Assembly: GCA_937921555.1 (NCBI GenBank)
Contig: CAKZUV010000055.1
Coordinates: forward strand, 1-61,694
Direction of reading: 5' to 3'
DNA length: 61,694 nucleotides
Source of the DNA: an uncultured Saprospiraceae bacterium
Lineage (GTDB): Bacteria > Bacteroidota > Bacteroidia > Chitinophagales > Saprospiraceae
Below are positions 20,033-31,063 of the stretch, piece by piece. Each line of letters begins with the position of its first letter. The first letter of the stretch is position 1. The notes below the pieces were generated by a model, which was not told the DNA's origin, ran no database searches, and saw only the letters and a program-made list of their open reading frames with translations. A program made the position numbers and the translations under genes.

Positions 20033-21280
20033 TTATACGAGTTCTTTGGCTGATAATTGACCATTTATTACTATACGATCCACAATCTCTTCGGTAAAAC
20101 CATACGGAATATAAGCAACGGAGGGCATCGGTTTGGTGATGAACAGATTTGCGATCTTGCCTTTAGTGATGCTGCCATAGTCTTTTTCGAGTTCCATCGC
20201 GGCGGCGCCGTTCAGGGTGGCGGCATTAATGGCTTCGTCGGGGAGCATTTTCATTTTAATACAGGCCAGCGCGACGACAAAGGCCATCTTTCCGGATGGA
20301 CTGGTTCCCGGATTAAAGTCACTGGCCAGCGTGACGGGAAGACCTGCGTCAATCAATTGCCGGGCGGGTGGATAATGGTCTGATAGAAAAAATGGAGCCG
20401 ATGGCAGCAGGGTCGGAATAACATTAGCGTTAATCAGCGCGGAAATTTCTGCTTCATTGACTACTTCCAGGTGATCTACCGACAGTGCTTTATGAGCAAT
20501 GGCGGCTTCGATTCCTCCCATCGAGTTAAACTGATTGGTATGAATTTTTGCCCTTAGTTCGTATTTGTTGCCTGCTTCCATCATCCGTTCCGCCTCGGCT
20601 ACTGAGAAAAAGCCTTTTTCACAAAAAATATCGACATAATCGGCCAATTCTTCTTCCACAATCACCGGAAGTAATTCATTAATCAATAAATCCATATAAC
20701 CTTTACGGTCTTCTTTAAATTCGGCGGGTAAAGCATGTGCTCCTAGAAAACTAGCTTTGACCGGGATCGGGCTGACAGCCTTTAATCTTTTGATCACCCG
20801 CAGCATTTTCAACTCTCCCGCTGCACTCAATCCGTAACCACTTTTAATTTCAATGGCGCCGGTTCCGCTGGCAATAAGCTGTTTTAGCCGTTGGTGGGCT
20901 GCCTGGAATAATTCTGCTTCGGGCATCGCGCGTAACCGCCGGGCAGAGTTGAGAATACCACCACCACTGGCGGCTATCTCGGCGTAACTCATACCGGAAA
21001 TCCGCTGGACAAACTCTTGTTCCCGGTAGGCCGCAAAGACCAGATGGGTATGGGAATCACACCAGGAAGGAAAAACGTAACGGCCCGTCGCATCGATCAC
21101 CTGACCCCGGACATCCGGACAGTTTTCCATCGTGCCATAGTCCAGAATTCTGTCGTTTTGACAATGAATCCAGGCGTTTTCTAATATGGGTAGTGTCTGA
21201 AAATTATTACCTTTCAGGATGGAGATATTCGGCTCCCGTATCTGGACCAGTGTGGTATTTTTAATCAAAAGTTCTGTCAT
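20033..21280 (-). CDS. hutI: imidazolonepropionase
   Basis: CDSHTHLVFAAYREQEFVQRISGMSYAEIAASGGGI and the rest of the amidohydrolase pattern. Confidence 0.9.
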   Translation of the reverse strand: MTELLIKNTTLVQIREPNISILKGNNFQTLPILENAWIHCQNDRILDYGTMENCPDVRGQVIDATGRYVFPSWCDSHTHLVFAAYREQEFVQRISGMSYAEIAASGGGILNSARRLRAMPEAELFQAAHQRLKQLIASGTGAIEIKSGYGLSAAGELKMLRVIKRLKAVSPIPVKASFLGAHALPAEFKEDRKGYMDLLINELLPVIVEEELADYVDIFCEKGFFSVAEAERMMEAGNKYELRAKIHTNQFNSMGGIEAAIAHKALSVDHLEVVNEAEISALINANVIPTLLPSAPFFLSDHYPPARQLIDAGLPVTLASDFNPGTSPSGKMAFVVALACIKMKMLPDEAINAATLNGAAAMELEKDYGSITKGKIANLFITKPMPSVAYIPYGFTEEIVDRIVINGQLSAKELV

Positions 21281-21386
21281 ACGGCAAAGGTAGTGAAAAC
21301 AGATCTATTTGATTTCTGAAAAAAAATATTCCCATCCTGATCGAGTCAGCATGGGAATATTTTACCGTTTTTTGGTTTGTTTTGAT

Positions 21387-22397
21387 TTACAGTGTAGCCA
21401 GATCTTTTATCATTCCTCCACTGCCGGTGGCAATCACTACTTCTTTAAAAGCACTTGCCGTAGTACGATCATTAAAATGGCCAACGAGCACTTTATAAAC
21501 GGTCTTTGTTTCCAGCTTACTGATTTGTACCAGAATATCTTCGTCGAATGATTTTTCTAATTTTTCTACCTCGCGCAGCACATTTCCATAATCCGCAAAA
21601 ACACCCACCTGAACGGAGAATCCATCTCTGGCCTGACGGCTGACCGTAAATTTAAACAAACCTTCGTCGCTCATCACTTCGGGAGCAGCGGGCTTAACTG
21701 CGGGACGGCTTACCTTGTTGGGAGCCACCGGTTTTACTTCGGGAACCGAATAGCTGGAAGGCTTTCTTACCGGAGACAAAGCTGGTCTGGTAGCGATCTC
21801 TTTTTTCTCTTTAACGGGTTTATTTACGGTAGCCGATGGAGCGGAGTCCACTTTATCATTTTTTATTTTTGGTGTTGAAGTAATCGCAGGACGGGTCGGA
21901 CGGTAGTTGATCGCAGGATCAGCCGCAGCCGGTTTAGTAGCGGCGATATTGGAAAGACCCGGTTTGATTCGGTTATTCGGTTGATTGTGTTCTTCCAGAA
22001 TTCTTAGTAATCCACTGGGAGCGTGTGATCCGGTATATTGTTCCAGCAATACTCCTTTTGAGTTAAAAATTAAGATAGAAGGAAGTTTTTTAATACCATA
22101 GATTTGTTTCTGCGCAAATCCGTCAAAATCATCAATATCAATTTTTACCGCCACGTAATTTTCTTTCATATAATCGATCACCCGCTGATCGGAAAAAGTG
22201 GTTTCTTCCATCCACTGACAGGGCATACACCATTTGGCGGTAAAATCTACCAGATATAGTTTACCTTCCTTGGCTGCTAGTTGTTTGGCAGCCGTCAGAT
22301 TAGTATGAAATCGTAATCCTTTGGTGGTTAAGGTGGTACCCATTATGATGGGAAAACAGCACAGGAGAAGGCTGTATTTTAAAATCAACCGGTTCAT
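21387..22397 (-). CDS. thioredoxin-fold protein with C-terminal SPOR domain
   Basis: Signal peptide, WCMPCQ redox motif, Pro/Lys-rich linker, SPOR-like C-terminus FSVQVGVFADYGN...YKVLVGHFNDRTTASAF. Confidence 0.8.
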   Translation of the reverse strand: MNRLILKYSLLLCCFPIIMGTTLTTKGLRFHTNLTAAKQLAAKEGKLYLVDFTAKWCMPCQWMEETTFSDQRVIDYMKENYVAVKIDIDDFDGFAQKQIYGIKKLPSILIFNSKGVLLEQYTGSHAPSGLLRILEEHNQPNNRIKPGLSNIAATKPAAADPAINYRPTRPAITSTPKIKNDKVDSAPSATVNKPVKEKKEIATRPALSPVRKPSSYSVPEVKPVAPNKVSRPAVKPAAPEVMSDEGLFKFTVSRQARDGFSVQVGVFADYGNVLREVEKLEKSFDEDILVQISKLETKTVYKVLVGHFNDRTTASAFKEVVIATGSGGMIKDLATL

Positions 22398-22789
22398 AGT
22401 TTGTAATTTTATGGGTGGTAAAATTGGGGAAGTCAGGCGGAAATTATCCTCCTTTTTTAGAATACATTAAAATTATGCAAATATGATGCCAGCGTAAAAA
22501 TGATTTCCCCGTTGAAAAGACCGCTCGTTTTATGAATTGGCTAAGCAGCAAAAAATAAGTGCTGATTGGAATTGTTCGTCGGAGGGAGAAAACTTTTATA
22601 CGGGGGAGTCCACCTCTAAGGTCATTTATTCCCGCTCCTTTGGGGTATAACTGCACTATTTTTTCTAACTTGCGACTCCTTTGAAAATCAAAGCCGTTTA
22701 AAGACTACGTAAAAACCATAGGTGCTTTAAACGTTTATTTATTCAATAGGCTTGTTCCACCGGATCAAGTCTCTATTCAAAATGAGGAA

Positions 22790-23779
22790 ATGTCAACAAT
22801 TTCAGCAGCAATTACGGGGGTTCACGGGTATGTTCCCGACTATATTCTCACCAACAAAGAGCTAGAATCCATAGTAGACACCAACGACGAGTGGATCAGT
22901 AGCCGTACGGGGATCAAAGAACGCCGGATTTTGAAGGGAGAAGGATTAGCAGCTTCGGATATGGGGTACGAAATGGTAAAGGGACTACTGGAGAAAACCA
23001 ACACCAAACCCGAAGAGATTGACTTAGTGATCTGTGCGACCATTACGGGTGATATGATTTTTCCGGATACGGCCAATACCATTTGTGATAAAGCGGGCAT
23101 CAAAAACGCTTTCGGCTTTGATATAAATGCTGCTTGCAGCGGGTTTTTGTTTGCCCTGACTACGGGTGAACAATTCATCAAAGCAGGTACTTATAAAAAG
23201 GTAATTGTAATTGGAATGGACGTTATGTCTTCCATTCTTGATTATACGGACCGGACAACTTGTGTCATCTTCGGAGACGGAGGAGGAGCGGTTTTGCTGG
23301 AGCCAAATCACGAAGGATTCGGGATGCAGGATGCCTTGCTGAGAGGAGATGGTGCCGGACGTCATCATTTACACATGAAAGCGGGTGGTTCTCTAAAACC
23401 GCCAAGTCTGGAGACTGTAACCGCTAAAGAGCATTATGTTTACCAGGAAGGACGTCCCGTTTTTAAATCAGCAGTACGGGGAATGATTGGTACCACCGAA
23501 GATATTATGAAACGAAATAATCTGACAGCGGATGATATCAGTTGGGTGATTCCGCATCAGGCCAATATCCGGATCATATCTTCCGTAGCAGAAGGCCTTA
23601 AATTTCCGATGGAAAAAGTAGTGGTCAATATTCACAAATACGGGAATACCACCTCCGGCACCTTACCGTTGTGTCTCTGGGAGTGGGAAGATAAATTTAA
23701 AAAAGGAGATAAAATACTTTTAACTGCATTTGGCGGCGGATTTACCTGGGGAACCACCTATTTGACCTGGGCTTATTAA
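22790..23779 (+). CDS. fabH: 3-oxoacyl-ACP synthase III
   Basis: INAACSGFLFAL active-site Cys, PHQANIRI, GNTTSGTLPL. Confidence 0.95.
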   Translation: MSTISAAITGVHGYVPDYILTNKELESIVDTNDEWISSRTGIKERRILKGEGLAASDMGYEMVKGLLEKTNTKPEEIDLVICATITGDMIFPDTANTICDKAGIKNAFGFDINAACSGFLFALTTGEQFIKAGTYKKVIVIGMDVMSSILDYTDRTTCVIFGDGGGAVLLEPNHEGFGMQDALLRGDGAGRHHLHMKAGGSLKPPSLETVTAKEHYVYQEGRPVFKSAVRGMIGTTEDIMKRNNLTADDISWVIPHQANIRIISSVAEGLKFPMEKVVVNIHKYGNTTSGTLPLCLWEWEDKFKKGDKILLTAFGGGFTWGTTYLTWAY

Positions 23780-23798
23780 TTTATTTGTCCCGATAAAT

Positions 23799-23814
23799 TT
23801 TAAACAAGCTCTAA
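23799..23814 (+). repeat. copy of the 16-nt intergenic word (TTTAAACAAGCTCTAA)
   Basis: Identical to the copy at 36701. Lies 20 nt after the fabH stop. Confidence 0.65.
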
Positions 23815-23923
23815 GTAGTTTTTTAGATGTATAAAATTTTGACAAAGAGTGATTAAATAGCTGATCTGTTCAGTGAAAAATTATTTAATAGAAATAGTAC
23901 CGAATTTTTCATTCTAAAAAATG

Positions 23924-23931
23924 TAAATTTG
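23924..23931 (+). promoter_or_regulatory. candidate -7 promoter box TAAATTTG for efp-accB-accC
   Basis: Matches TAnnTTTG, 28 nt upstream of the efp ATG. Confidence 0.45.
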
Positions 23932-23959
23932 TAATTATTTACCAAAATTAAATCTGACA

Positions 23960-24526
23960 ATGGCAAATACTTCAGAAATCCGTAACGGATTGTGTATCGA
24001 TTTTAATAATGATATTTATTCCGTAGTAGAATTTCAACACGTAAAACCCGGTAAAGGACCTGCTTTTGTTCGTACTAAACTTAAAAGTCTGACTTCAGGT
24101 AAAGTGATAGATAACACCTGGCCTTCCAGTCATAAAATTGACATCGTTCGGGTAGAACGCAGAAAATTTCAGTTTCTATACAACGATGATATGGGATACC
24201 ATTTCATGAACAATGAAACCTATGAGCAAACAAGAATCCCCGAAGTTTTGCTCGAAAATCCATTGTTGATAAAAGAAGGTTCCAGCGTGGAGATACTTTT
24301 TCACGCGGATAAAGAAATTCCACTCACCGTGGACATGCCTCAGTACATTAATCTGAAAGTTACCTACACCGAACCCGGTGTAAAAGGTGATACTGCCACT
24401 AATACCCTCAAACCCGCCAAGATGGAAACCGGAGCTGAAATCCGGGTACCTCTTTTCGTGAACGAAGGGGATATGATCAAAATTGATACCCGCAGCGCGA
24501 GCTACGTAGAACGTGTAAAACAATAA
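23960..24526 (+). CDS. efp: elongation factor P
   Basis: EFQHVKPGKGPAFVRTKLK and full-length EF-P pattern. Confidence 0.97.
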   Translation: MANTSEIRNGLCIDFNNDIYSVVEFQHVKPGKGPAFVRTKLKSLTSGKVIDNTWPSSHKIDIVRVERRKFQFLYNDDMGYHFMNNETYEQTRIPEVLLENPLLIKEGSSVEILFHADKEIPLTVDMPQYINLKVTYTEPGVKGDTATNTLKPAKMETGAEIRVPLFVNEGDMIKIDTRSASYVERVKQ

Positions 24527-24553
24527 CTTCAACCCAGAAAGCAAAATATTACT

Positions 24554-25093
24554 ATGACTTTTAAAGAAATACAAGAGTTAATTAAGTTGATCAATAAATC
24601 CAACTTAACAGAATTCAAAATGAAAGACGGAGATTTTAATCTGTCTATCAGAACCAAAAAATATGGTAAAAACCGCATGCCGCAGATCATGCAAACACCG
24701 CAGCAAATTGTTCCGGTTTCTGCTCCTATGGCACAAATGCAGCAAGTACCCATGACTCCGCCTCCGGCTCCTGCCCCCTCCGCCAGCGCAGATGCGGGTA
24801 ATGATGCCAGCAATGCTCAGGAAAATACCAGCGAAAGCGCAGAAGGCAACTACGTAGAAGTACGGTCTCCGATCGTAGGAACATTCTACCGCTCCGCTTC
24901 TCCCGATAAACCCCAATACGTCAAACCCGGTGATACCATCGAAGTTGGAACGGTAGTGTGTATCGTAGAGGCCATGAAATTGTTTAATGAGATTGAATCA
25001 GAAGTAAGTGGAAAAATTGTAAAAGTGATGTTGGAGGATGCTTCTCCCGTTCAGTACGATCAGGTACTGTTCTTAGTTGACCCAAAAGGGTAA
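24554..25093 (+). CDS. accB: acetyl-CoA carboxylase biotin carboxyl carrier protein
   Basis: Pro/Ala-rich linker and biotinylation motif EAMKLFNEIE. Confidence 0.95.
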   Translation: MTFKEIQELIKLINKSNLTEFKMKDGDFNLSIRTKKYGKNRMPQIMQTPQQIVPVSAPMAQMQQVPMTPPPAPAPSASADAGNDASNAQENTSESAEGNYVEVRSPIVGTFYRSASPDKPQYVKPGDTIEVGTVVCIVEAMKLFNEIESEVSGKIVKVMLEDASPVQYDQVLFLVDPKG

Positions 25094-25143
25094 TAGCTGT
25101 GTTTTTAATACAGTTTTATTGTTCACCAACTCATTAAAAAACC

Positions 25144-26493
25144 ATGTTTAAAAAAATACTGATTGCCAACCGGGGAGAAATCGCACTGCGTATTATCCGT
25201 ACCTGCCGCGAAATGGGCATTAAAACCGTCGCAATTTACTCTACCGCCGATCGGGAAAGTTTACACGTTCGTTTTGCGGACGAAGCGGTCTGCATCGGAC
25301 CTCCGTCTTCAACCCTTTCCTATCTCAATATTCCACAAATTATGGCGACGGCCGAAATTACCAACGCCGATGCAATCCATCCTGGTTATGGATTTTTGGC
25401 GGAAAACGCTGATTTCGCCGAGGTTTGTACCGAATATGGTATTAAATTTATTGGACCCAGTCCGGATCAAATTCGGAAGATGGGGGATAAGATCACCGCT
25501 AAGGATACCATGATCAAAGCGGGCGTTCCCGTAGTACCTGGTTCTGACGGACTGATCAAAGATCTGAAGCAGGGAATTAAAACGGCGAAAGATACCGGAT
25601 TTCCGGTCATTCTCAAAGCGACCGCGGGTGGTGGTGGAAAAGGAATGCGGATTGTATGGAAAGAAGAAGAATTTGAAGAGGCCTGGGAAAAAGCGCGGCA
25701 GGAAGCAAAAGCCTCCTTCGCCAATGATGGAATTTACGTAGAAAAATTTATCGAAGAGCCCCGGCACATCGAAATACAAATAGCGGGCGATCAGCAGGGC
25801 AATGTTTGTCATTTATCGGAAAGAGATTGCTCGATTCAGCGTCGTCACCAGAAACTGGTGGAAGAATCTCCTTCTCCTTTTATGACCACTGCACTCCGTA
25901 AAAAAATGGGCGCGGCCGCTATCAAAGCGGGTAAAGCGATCAATTACGAAGGAGTGGGAACGGTAGAATTTTTGGTGGACAAACACCGTAATTTCTACTT
26001 TATGGAAATGAATACCCGAATCCAGGTGGAGCACACAGTGACAGAGGAAGTAATCGATCACGATCTGATAAAAGAACAAATTAAAATTGCCGCTGGAGAA
26101 CCTATTTCCGGGAAAAATTATATTCCTCAGATGCACGCCATCGAGTGCCGGATCAACGCGGAAGATCCTTTCAACGATTTTCGCCCGAGTCCGGGAAAAA
26201 TTACTTCTTTTCACAGTTCAAAAGGTCACGGAGTACGGGTAGATACGCACGTTTACGCGGGATATTCGGTACCACCGTATTATGATTCAATGATTGCGAA
26301 GCTAATCTGTCGTGCCCAAACCCGGGAAGAATGTATCACAAAGATGGCGCGTGCGCTCGACGAATTTATCGTGGAAGGAATCAAAACAACGGTACCTTTC
26401 CATCAGCAACTGATGCGCAACGAGGATTTTAAGAGTGGTAATTTTCATACTGGATTCCTGCAGACTTTTGATATGGAAAAGCCCGAAAAATAA
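25144..26493 (+). CDS. accC: acetyl-CoA carboxylase biotin carboxylase subunit
   Basis: [47 protein letters not shown]. Confidence 0.97.
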   Translation: MFKKILIANRGEIALRIIRTCREMGIKTVAIYSTADRESLHVRFADEAVCIGPPSSTLSYLNIPQIMATAEITNADAIHPGYGFLAENADFAEVCTEYGIKFIGPSPDQIRKMGDKITAKDTMIKAGVPVVPGSDGLIKDLKQGIKTAKDTGFPVILKATAGGGGKGMRIVWKEEEFEEAWEKARQEAKASFANDGIYVEKFIEEPRHIEIQIAGDQQGNVCHLSERDCSIQRRHQKLVEESPSPFMTTALRKKMGAAAIKAGKAINYEGVGTVEFLVDKHRNFYFMEMNTRIQVEHTVTEEVIDHDLIKEQIKIAAGEPISGKNYIPQMHAIECRINAEDPFNDFRPSPGKITSFHSSKGHGVRVDTHVYAGYSVPPYYDSMIAKLICRAQTREECITKMARALDEFIVEGIKTTVPFHQQLMRNEDFKSGNFHTGFLQTFDMEKPEK

Positions 26494-26700
26494 TTCAGGC
26501 GCTTGAAAAAATAAAAGGCCTGGTAGACTTGATTTAGGAATGGCAAATAAATAAGTGCAGATTCTAGGCGAACTATTTTTGCCTCAATCAAAGAAGCAAA
26601 ATGGGAGTTATGCTGTGTATAATGACCATTTTGTTGATGCAGAGTGAGGCAAAAAGAGGAAGTATAGAATCGTATTTTATTTATTTAACATTCCTTAAAC

Positions 26701-28524
26701 ATGAGGCAGCTAAAAAAACTTACTCGTTATTTAGTACCGTACCGTAAGTTATTATTTGCCAATATCTTGTCTAATATCTTAATGGCATTTTTTACGGTGA
26801 TCAGCATTCCTGCGATCATTCCTTTTTTGCATATCCTGATTGGAACGGCTCCCGAGGTGACCGAAACGCCTCCTTTTGGCTGGAGTATTCCGAATCTGGT
26901 CGGTTGGGTAAAATACAGTTTTGCCAGTATGGTTGCCGAACAGGGGAGACCGACCACGCTCAAATACGTCTGCTTTTTTATCATCTTTATTTTCTTTTTT
27001 AAAAATTTATTCCATTACCTGGCGGCGGCATTTATGGCTCCGATCCGTAATGGCATTGTGCGGGATATCCGGCAACAGTTGTACGCCAAATTTCTCGACC
27101 TGCCGCTCAGCTATTATTCCGATGAACGAAAAGGAGATTTACTATCGCGACTGACCGTGGATGTCCAGGAAGTAGAAATCAGTATTCTCAGTATGATGGT
27201 AACCATTGTCAGAGATCCGCTGATCATGGCAGGCAGCCTGGCAGTGATGATTTATTTTAGTCCAGGTTTAATGTTATTTGTTTTTGGATTGTTAATATTT
27301 ACGGTGCTGGTCATTGGCGGCATCGGAAAGCGACTGAAAAAAGACTCGGTGGTTGTTCAGGAAAATATGGGGACGATGATCGCCAACGTGGAAGAATCCT
27401 TATCGGGAATAAAAGTTATTAAAGGCTTCGCTGCCGAAAAATTCCGGAATGGACATTTTGACAAGATTAATAATAGCTATCGTGATGCCATGAACCGGTT
27501 GCTGTGGAGAAAGAATCTGGCCAGTCCTTTATCTGAATTTCTGGGAATTGTGGTAGTTGCTGCGTTATTGTGGTTCGGCGCACAACAGGTCTTTGCCAAT
27601 GATCTTTCGGCCCCCACTTTTTTTGCATTCCTCTACGCATTTTTTAATATTATCGCTCCGGCAAAATCTTTCTCTTCTGCCTATTTCAACGTTCAGAAAG
27701 GACTGGCGGCGGCGACCCGGATTGACCAGATACTGGAAATTGTTCCGACCATTACTAAATCGAAAGAGACCCAACCTTTCTCCGCATTTAAAACGTCTAT
27801 CCGGTACGAAAGCGTTGGTTTTAGTTATTCCAAAGCAGAAGGGAATGTTCTGGAGAATATAAATCTCGAAATTCCAAAAGGAAAAGTAATGGCCCTCGTT
27901 GGTGCATCCGGAAGTGGGAAAAGTACCTTTGTCGATTTGCTGGCCCGTTTTTACGATCCGACGGCTGGCCGGATTTTAGTGGATGACCGGGATATCCGTA
28001 CGCTGGATTTGTCAGACCTGAGAAATCAACTGGGAATTGTGTCGCAGGAACCCATTTTATTTCACGATACCATTTACAATAATATTCTTTTTGGTACCAA
28101 AGTCAAAAACCGGGAAGCGGTAATCGAGGCTGCCAAAATTGCCAATGCACATGATTTTATTATGGCGACCGAACGCGGTTACGATTCGGTAATCGGGGAC
28201 CGGGGAAACAAACTGAGTGGAGGGCAAAAACAGCGATTGACCATTGCCAGAGCGATTTTGAAAAATCCCGCCATTCTGATTCTGGACGAGGCCACCTCTG
28301 CGCTGGATGCTGAGTCCGAACAACTGGTACAGGACGCACTGAATAAATTGATGGAAAACCGGACAGCTATCGTGATCGCACATCGGCTTGCAACGGTACA
28401 GATGGCAGATGAAATCCTGGTACTGGAGGCTGGTCAAATCGTCGAGCGGGGCAATCACCAGCAATTGATGGAACAGGAAGGAACCTATCACAGTCTGGTA
28501 CATCTGCAAAATTTAGAAGGCTAA
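26701..28524 (+). CDS. ABC transporter permease/ATP-binding protein (MsbA-like exporter)
   Basis: Six N-terminal TM helices, Walker A GASGSGKST, signature LSGGQKQR, Walker B ILILDEATSALD. Confidence 0.9.
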   Translation: MRQLKKLTRYLVPYRKLLFANILSNILMAFFTVISIPAIIPFLHILIGTAPEVTETPPFGWSIPNLVGWVKYSFASMVAEQGRPTTLKYVCFFIIFIFFFKNLFHYLAAAFMAPIRNGIVRDIRQQLYAKFLDLPLSYYSDERKGDLLSRLTVDVQEVEISILSMMVTIVRDPLIMAGSLAVMIYFSPGLMLFVFGLLIFTVLVIGGIGKRLKKDSVVVQENMGTMIANVEESLSGIKVIKGFAAEKFRNGHFDKINNSYRDAMNRLLWRKNLASPLSEFLGIVVVAALLWFGAQQVFANDLSAPTFFAFLYAFFNIIAPAKSFSSAYFNVQKGLAAATRIDQILEIVPTITKSKETQPFSAFKTSIRYESVGFSYSKAEGNVLENINLEIPKGKVMALVGASGSGKSTFVDLLARFYDPTAGRILVDDRDIRTLDLSDLRNQLGIVSQEPILFHDTIYNNILFGTKVKNREAVIEAAKIANAHDFIMATERGYDSVIGDRGNKLSGGQKQRLTIARAILKNPAILILDEATSALDAESEQLVQDALNKLMENRTAIVIAHRLATVQMADEILVLEAGQIVERGNHQQLMEQEGTYHSLVHLQNLEG

Positions 28525-28709
28525 CCCCGTGGAATCCAGTCTCGTAATAAAGATCGGTTGAGTTAATACTGGATTCTCTTCAATTGAAAAGTCTTTTTCC
28601 GCAAGATTGGGAGCAACTTGTCTAAATTAGACACGTCTTTTAAGAACATTTAACGATCTCTTCGCCTTTTAATTAGTAATTTAGCTACTCTAAGTTTAAA
28701 TAATTGAAT

Positions 28710-29849
28710 ATGAAAAAAACGCTACTCTTTATATTTATTTTATTCGGTTTCCAGTTGATGGGACAGATTACGGTGACGAGTGCCAGTTTTCCGACGGCTG
28801 GAGATACCCTTCGGACAGCGTTAGATGGTGCACCGGAAGGAATTTCTATTACGGCGCCGGGTGGAGATCAGGTCTGGGATTTCAGTAGTTTGCAGGGGGT
28901 AACAACCGAAGTCTTGGTTCGTCCCGCCTCCGAAGGAGTGAATGCAGATTTATTTCCGAATGCCAATCTTTATCTCCCGGTGGGAGAAGATGAAATGGGA
29001 GGAGAAACGTATATTACTACCAATGCGGATGCTTATCAATTGAGCGGATACGTAGGACCAGATCCTGCTAATTTAGGCGTCAATGTACGGGTGCCATTCT
29101 CTCCACCGATCATAGAGCGCAGATCGCCCATGAATTTCTTTGATGTTAATAATACAACGTATGCCATTCTGGTGGCATTTCCCACGGATTCTTTACCGGG
29201 CGAAATTACGAACGACTTGCCGATTGTACCGGATTCTGTCCGGTTGCGGGTAGCTTCTGTCCGGACAGATGTAGTGGATGGATGGGGTACCCTGACTATT
29301 CCCGGTGGAACCTACGAGGTGTTGCGTGAAAAGAGAACGGAGATCCGGGAGACGGTGGTGGAAGCCAGAGTAGGCATCGGACCTTTCGCCACTTGGGTAG
29401 ATGTTACCGAATTTTTGGGGAGTGATTTTTTGGGGCCAGATACACTGACCACCTATATTTTTGTTAACGATCAGGAAAAGGAAAATATCGCAGAAGTAAC
29501 CGTCACCAACGATGCGGCTGAAACCCCCATTGCAGTTACCTATAAGTCAAACAACGTAATTACGAATGTCAGTTATGTGAATACTGGAAGAGCAGATATT
29601 TTTGCGTATCCCAATCCGGCGATTAATAATGTACGGATCAATTTTCTGAATATAACACCGGGTAATTATACTTTTAGAATATTTAATATCTTAGGAAAAG
29701 AGGTGGTGAATAAAAATTATCAGATCAACGGCAACCGGACCGTTGGTATCAATATCGATACGTTACAGAAAGGAACTTATTTATACAACCTGATGGATGC
29801 CAGAGGAAAAGTATTGAAAACAAAAAGACTGATGGTGATCAGACCCTAG
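28710..29849 (+). CDS. T9SS C-terminal-domain secreted protein
   Basis: First ATG is at 28710 (listed start is TTG). Signal peptide MKKTLLFIFILFGFQLMGQ. C-terminus IFAYPNPAINNVRINF...GTYLYNLMDARGKVLKTKRLMVIRP. Confidence 0.8.
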   Translation: MKKTLLFIFILFGFQLMGQITVTSASFPTAGDTLRTALDGAPEGISITAPGGDQVWDFSSLQGVTTEVLVRPASEGVNADLFPNANLYLPVGEDEMGGETYITTNADAYQLSGYVGPDPANLGVNVRVPFSPPIIERRSPMNFFDVNNTTYAILVAFPTDSLPGEITNDLPIVPDSVRLRVASVRTDVVDGWGTLTIPGGTYEVLREKRTEIRETVVEARVGIGPFATWVDVTEFLGSDFLGPDTLTTYIFVNDQEKENIAEVTVTNDAAETPIAVTYKSNNVITNVSYVNTGRADIFAYPNPAINNVRINFLNITPGNYTFRIFNILGKEVVNKNYQINGNRTVGINIDTLQKGTYLYNLMDARGKVLKTKRLMVIRP

Positions 29850-29966
29850 TGCCTAAATTCCTTACCATTTATGCGGTCTTTTTAAAGTCACACTTTTTTA
29901 CTAGTCGGTCGGGTAGCTATGGCTATCCTTCCTCTTGGTGCATTATTTGATTTTAATTTTCTTGCA

Positions 29967-30602
29967 TTATTCAATACAATAAACGAAAGCAAAGAAGTGA
30001 CTAATACTGCCACCGATGACAAAGAGATGCCAGATCGCATGGTTATAAGGTAGTTTTTCCCAGACAAAAAAGATGGTACCCAGCGAATAAAACAGTCCGC
30101 CGATGACCAACAGCAGGAGTGTGATATTGGGAATGAAAGACCACATAAAAGGCATCGTAAAGACGGCACTCCAGCCCATCATAAAGTAAAGAAACAACGA
30201 TAGTTTTTCGTATTTACCTATCAAAAATAGTTTGTAGAATATTCCGGCTACCACAAAAAGCCAGAGTACAGCCGCGAAAATCCATCCGTAGAAGTGATCC
30301 AGATACAGAAATATCAGCGGAGTATGAGTTCCGGCAATCAGAAAATAAATACAGATGTGGTCAATAATTTTCAGAATCCGCCGGCTGCGTTTCGTTGTTA
30401 CAGAATGATAAATCGTAGAAGAGAGATATACCATCACGAGCGAACAGCAAAAAATACTGATGCCGAAGACCGCCAGGAAACTGGCGTTTTGCAGGAATTG
30501 ATAAATCAGAAATGGTGTTGCTGCCAAAAAAAAGACAAGACCCAGACTGTGCGTCAGGATATTGGCGACGTCCTCACCGGTACGTTTGATTCGTTTATTC
30601 AT
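29967..30602 (-). CDS. hemolysin III / PAQR family membrane protein
   Basis: Seven TM helices, N-terminal EDVANILTHSLG and C-terminal HAIWHLFVIGGSISHFFA motifs. Confidence 0.85.
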   Translation of the reverse strand: MNKRIKRTGEDVANILTHSLGLVFFLAATPFLIYQFLQNASFLAVFGISIFCCSLVMVYLSSTIYHSVTTKRSRRILKIIDHICIYFLIAGTHTPLIFLYLDHFYGWIFAAVLWLFVVAGIFYKLFLIGKYEKLSLFLYFMMGWSAVFTMPFMWSFIPNITLLLLVIGGLFYSLGTIFFVWEKLPYNHAIWHLFVIGGSISHFFAFVYCIE

Positions 30603-31063
30603 GGGTATGTAAGTTCTTAAAGTTCTTACAGGAAATATAGATAAAAATGGGGAGGATCGCCAGTGGCGTGATAAATAAAGTTTTGTTAAGTTACTTAATC
30701 GCCATTCCTAAATGAAAATAGCCGATCTAAATTAATAAATCGGCTATTCGCTTTAAAATTGGTTTTTTCGGCTGGTGTTCAATTCGGAATGAATTGAAAA
30801 TATGCTTTGATTGGAAAAGGTAAATATTTTACCCAACCCAGGCGTAACCGCCATCTCCTTTTTTTAAATTTAAGTGTTTCATCGTGTGCTATGTTTAAAA
30901 CGTTATTAAGGGGTATTTATATTAAAAATAAAGGTATCTTATTTTAATTTATATATTTCAAGAATAATGCCAAACCGCGATTGAAATTATCAATTAATCC
31001 ATCATATAGTGCTCTTTGGCGACAAAGATATTGTGACACAGTCTGTTGAATAGTATTTAAAAC

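Noticed and set aside
15581-22623. Shared 11-mer CCTCTAAGGTC at 15581-15591 (hairpin loop) and 22613-22623
   Set aside because: A single repeated 11-mer is expected many times by chance in about 62 kb when both strands are considered, and the flanks do not align.
22444-22656. 70-codon ORF in the 392-nt gap between the thioredoxin/SPOR gene and fabH. I also looked there for rpmF or an ncRNA.
   Set aside because: No L32-like sequence in any frame and no recognisable RNA-family motif. The ORF translation is not protein-like.
4374-30713. Second intergenic word (A/G)(A/C)CATTCCTAAA at 4374, 10871, 26687 (with an extra T), 30701, and on the minus strand at 26532
   Set aside because: It is only a 10-nt AT-rich core with five occurrences. 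Given the number of possible words and the AT-rich intergenic composition, this is borderline at best. It needs a genome-wide count before it can be called a motif.
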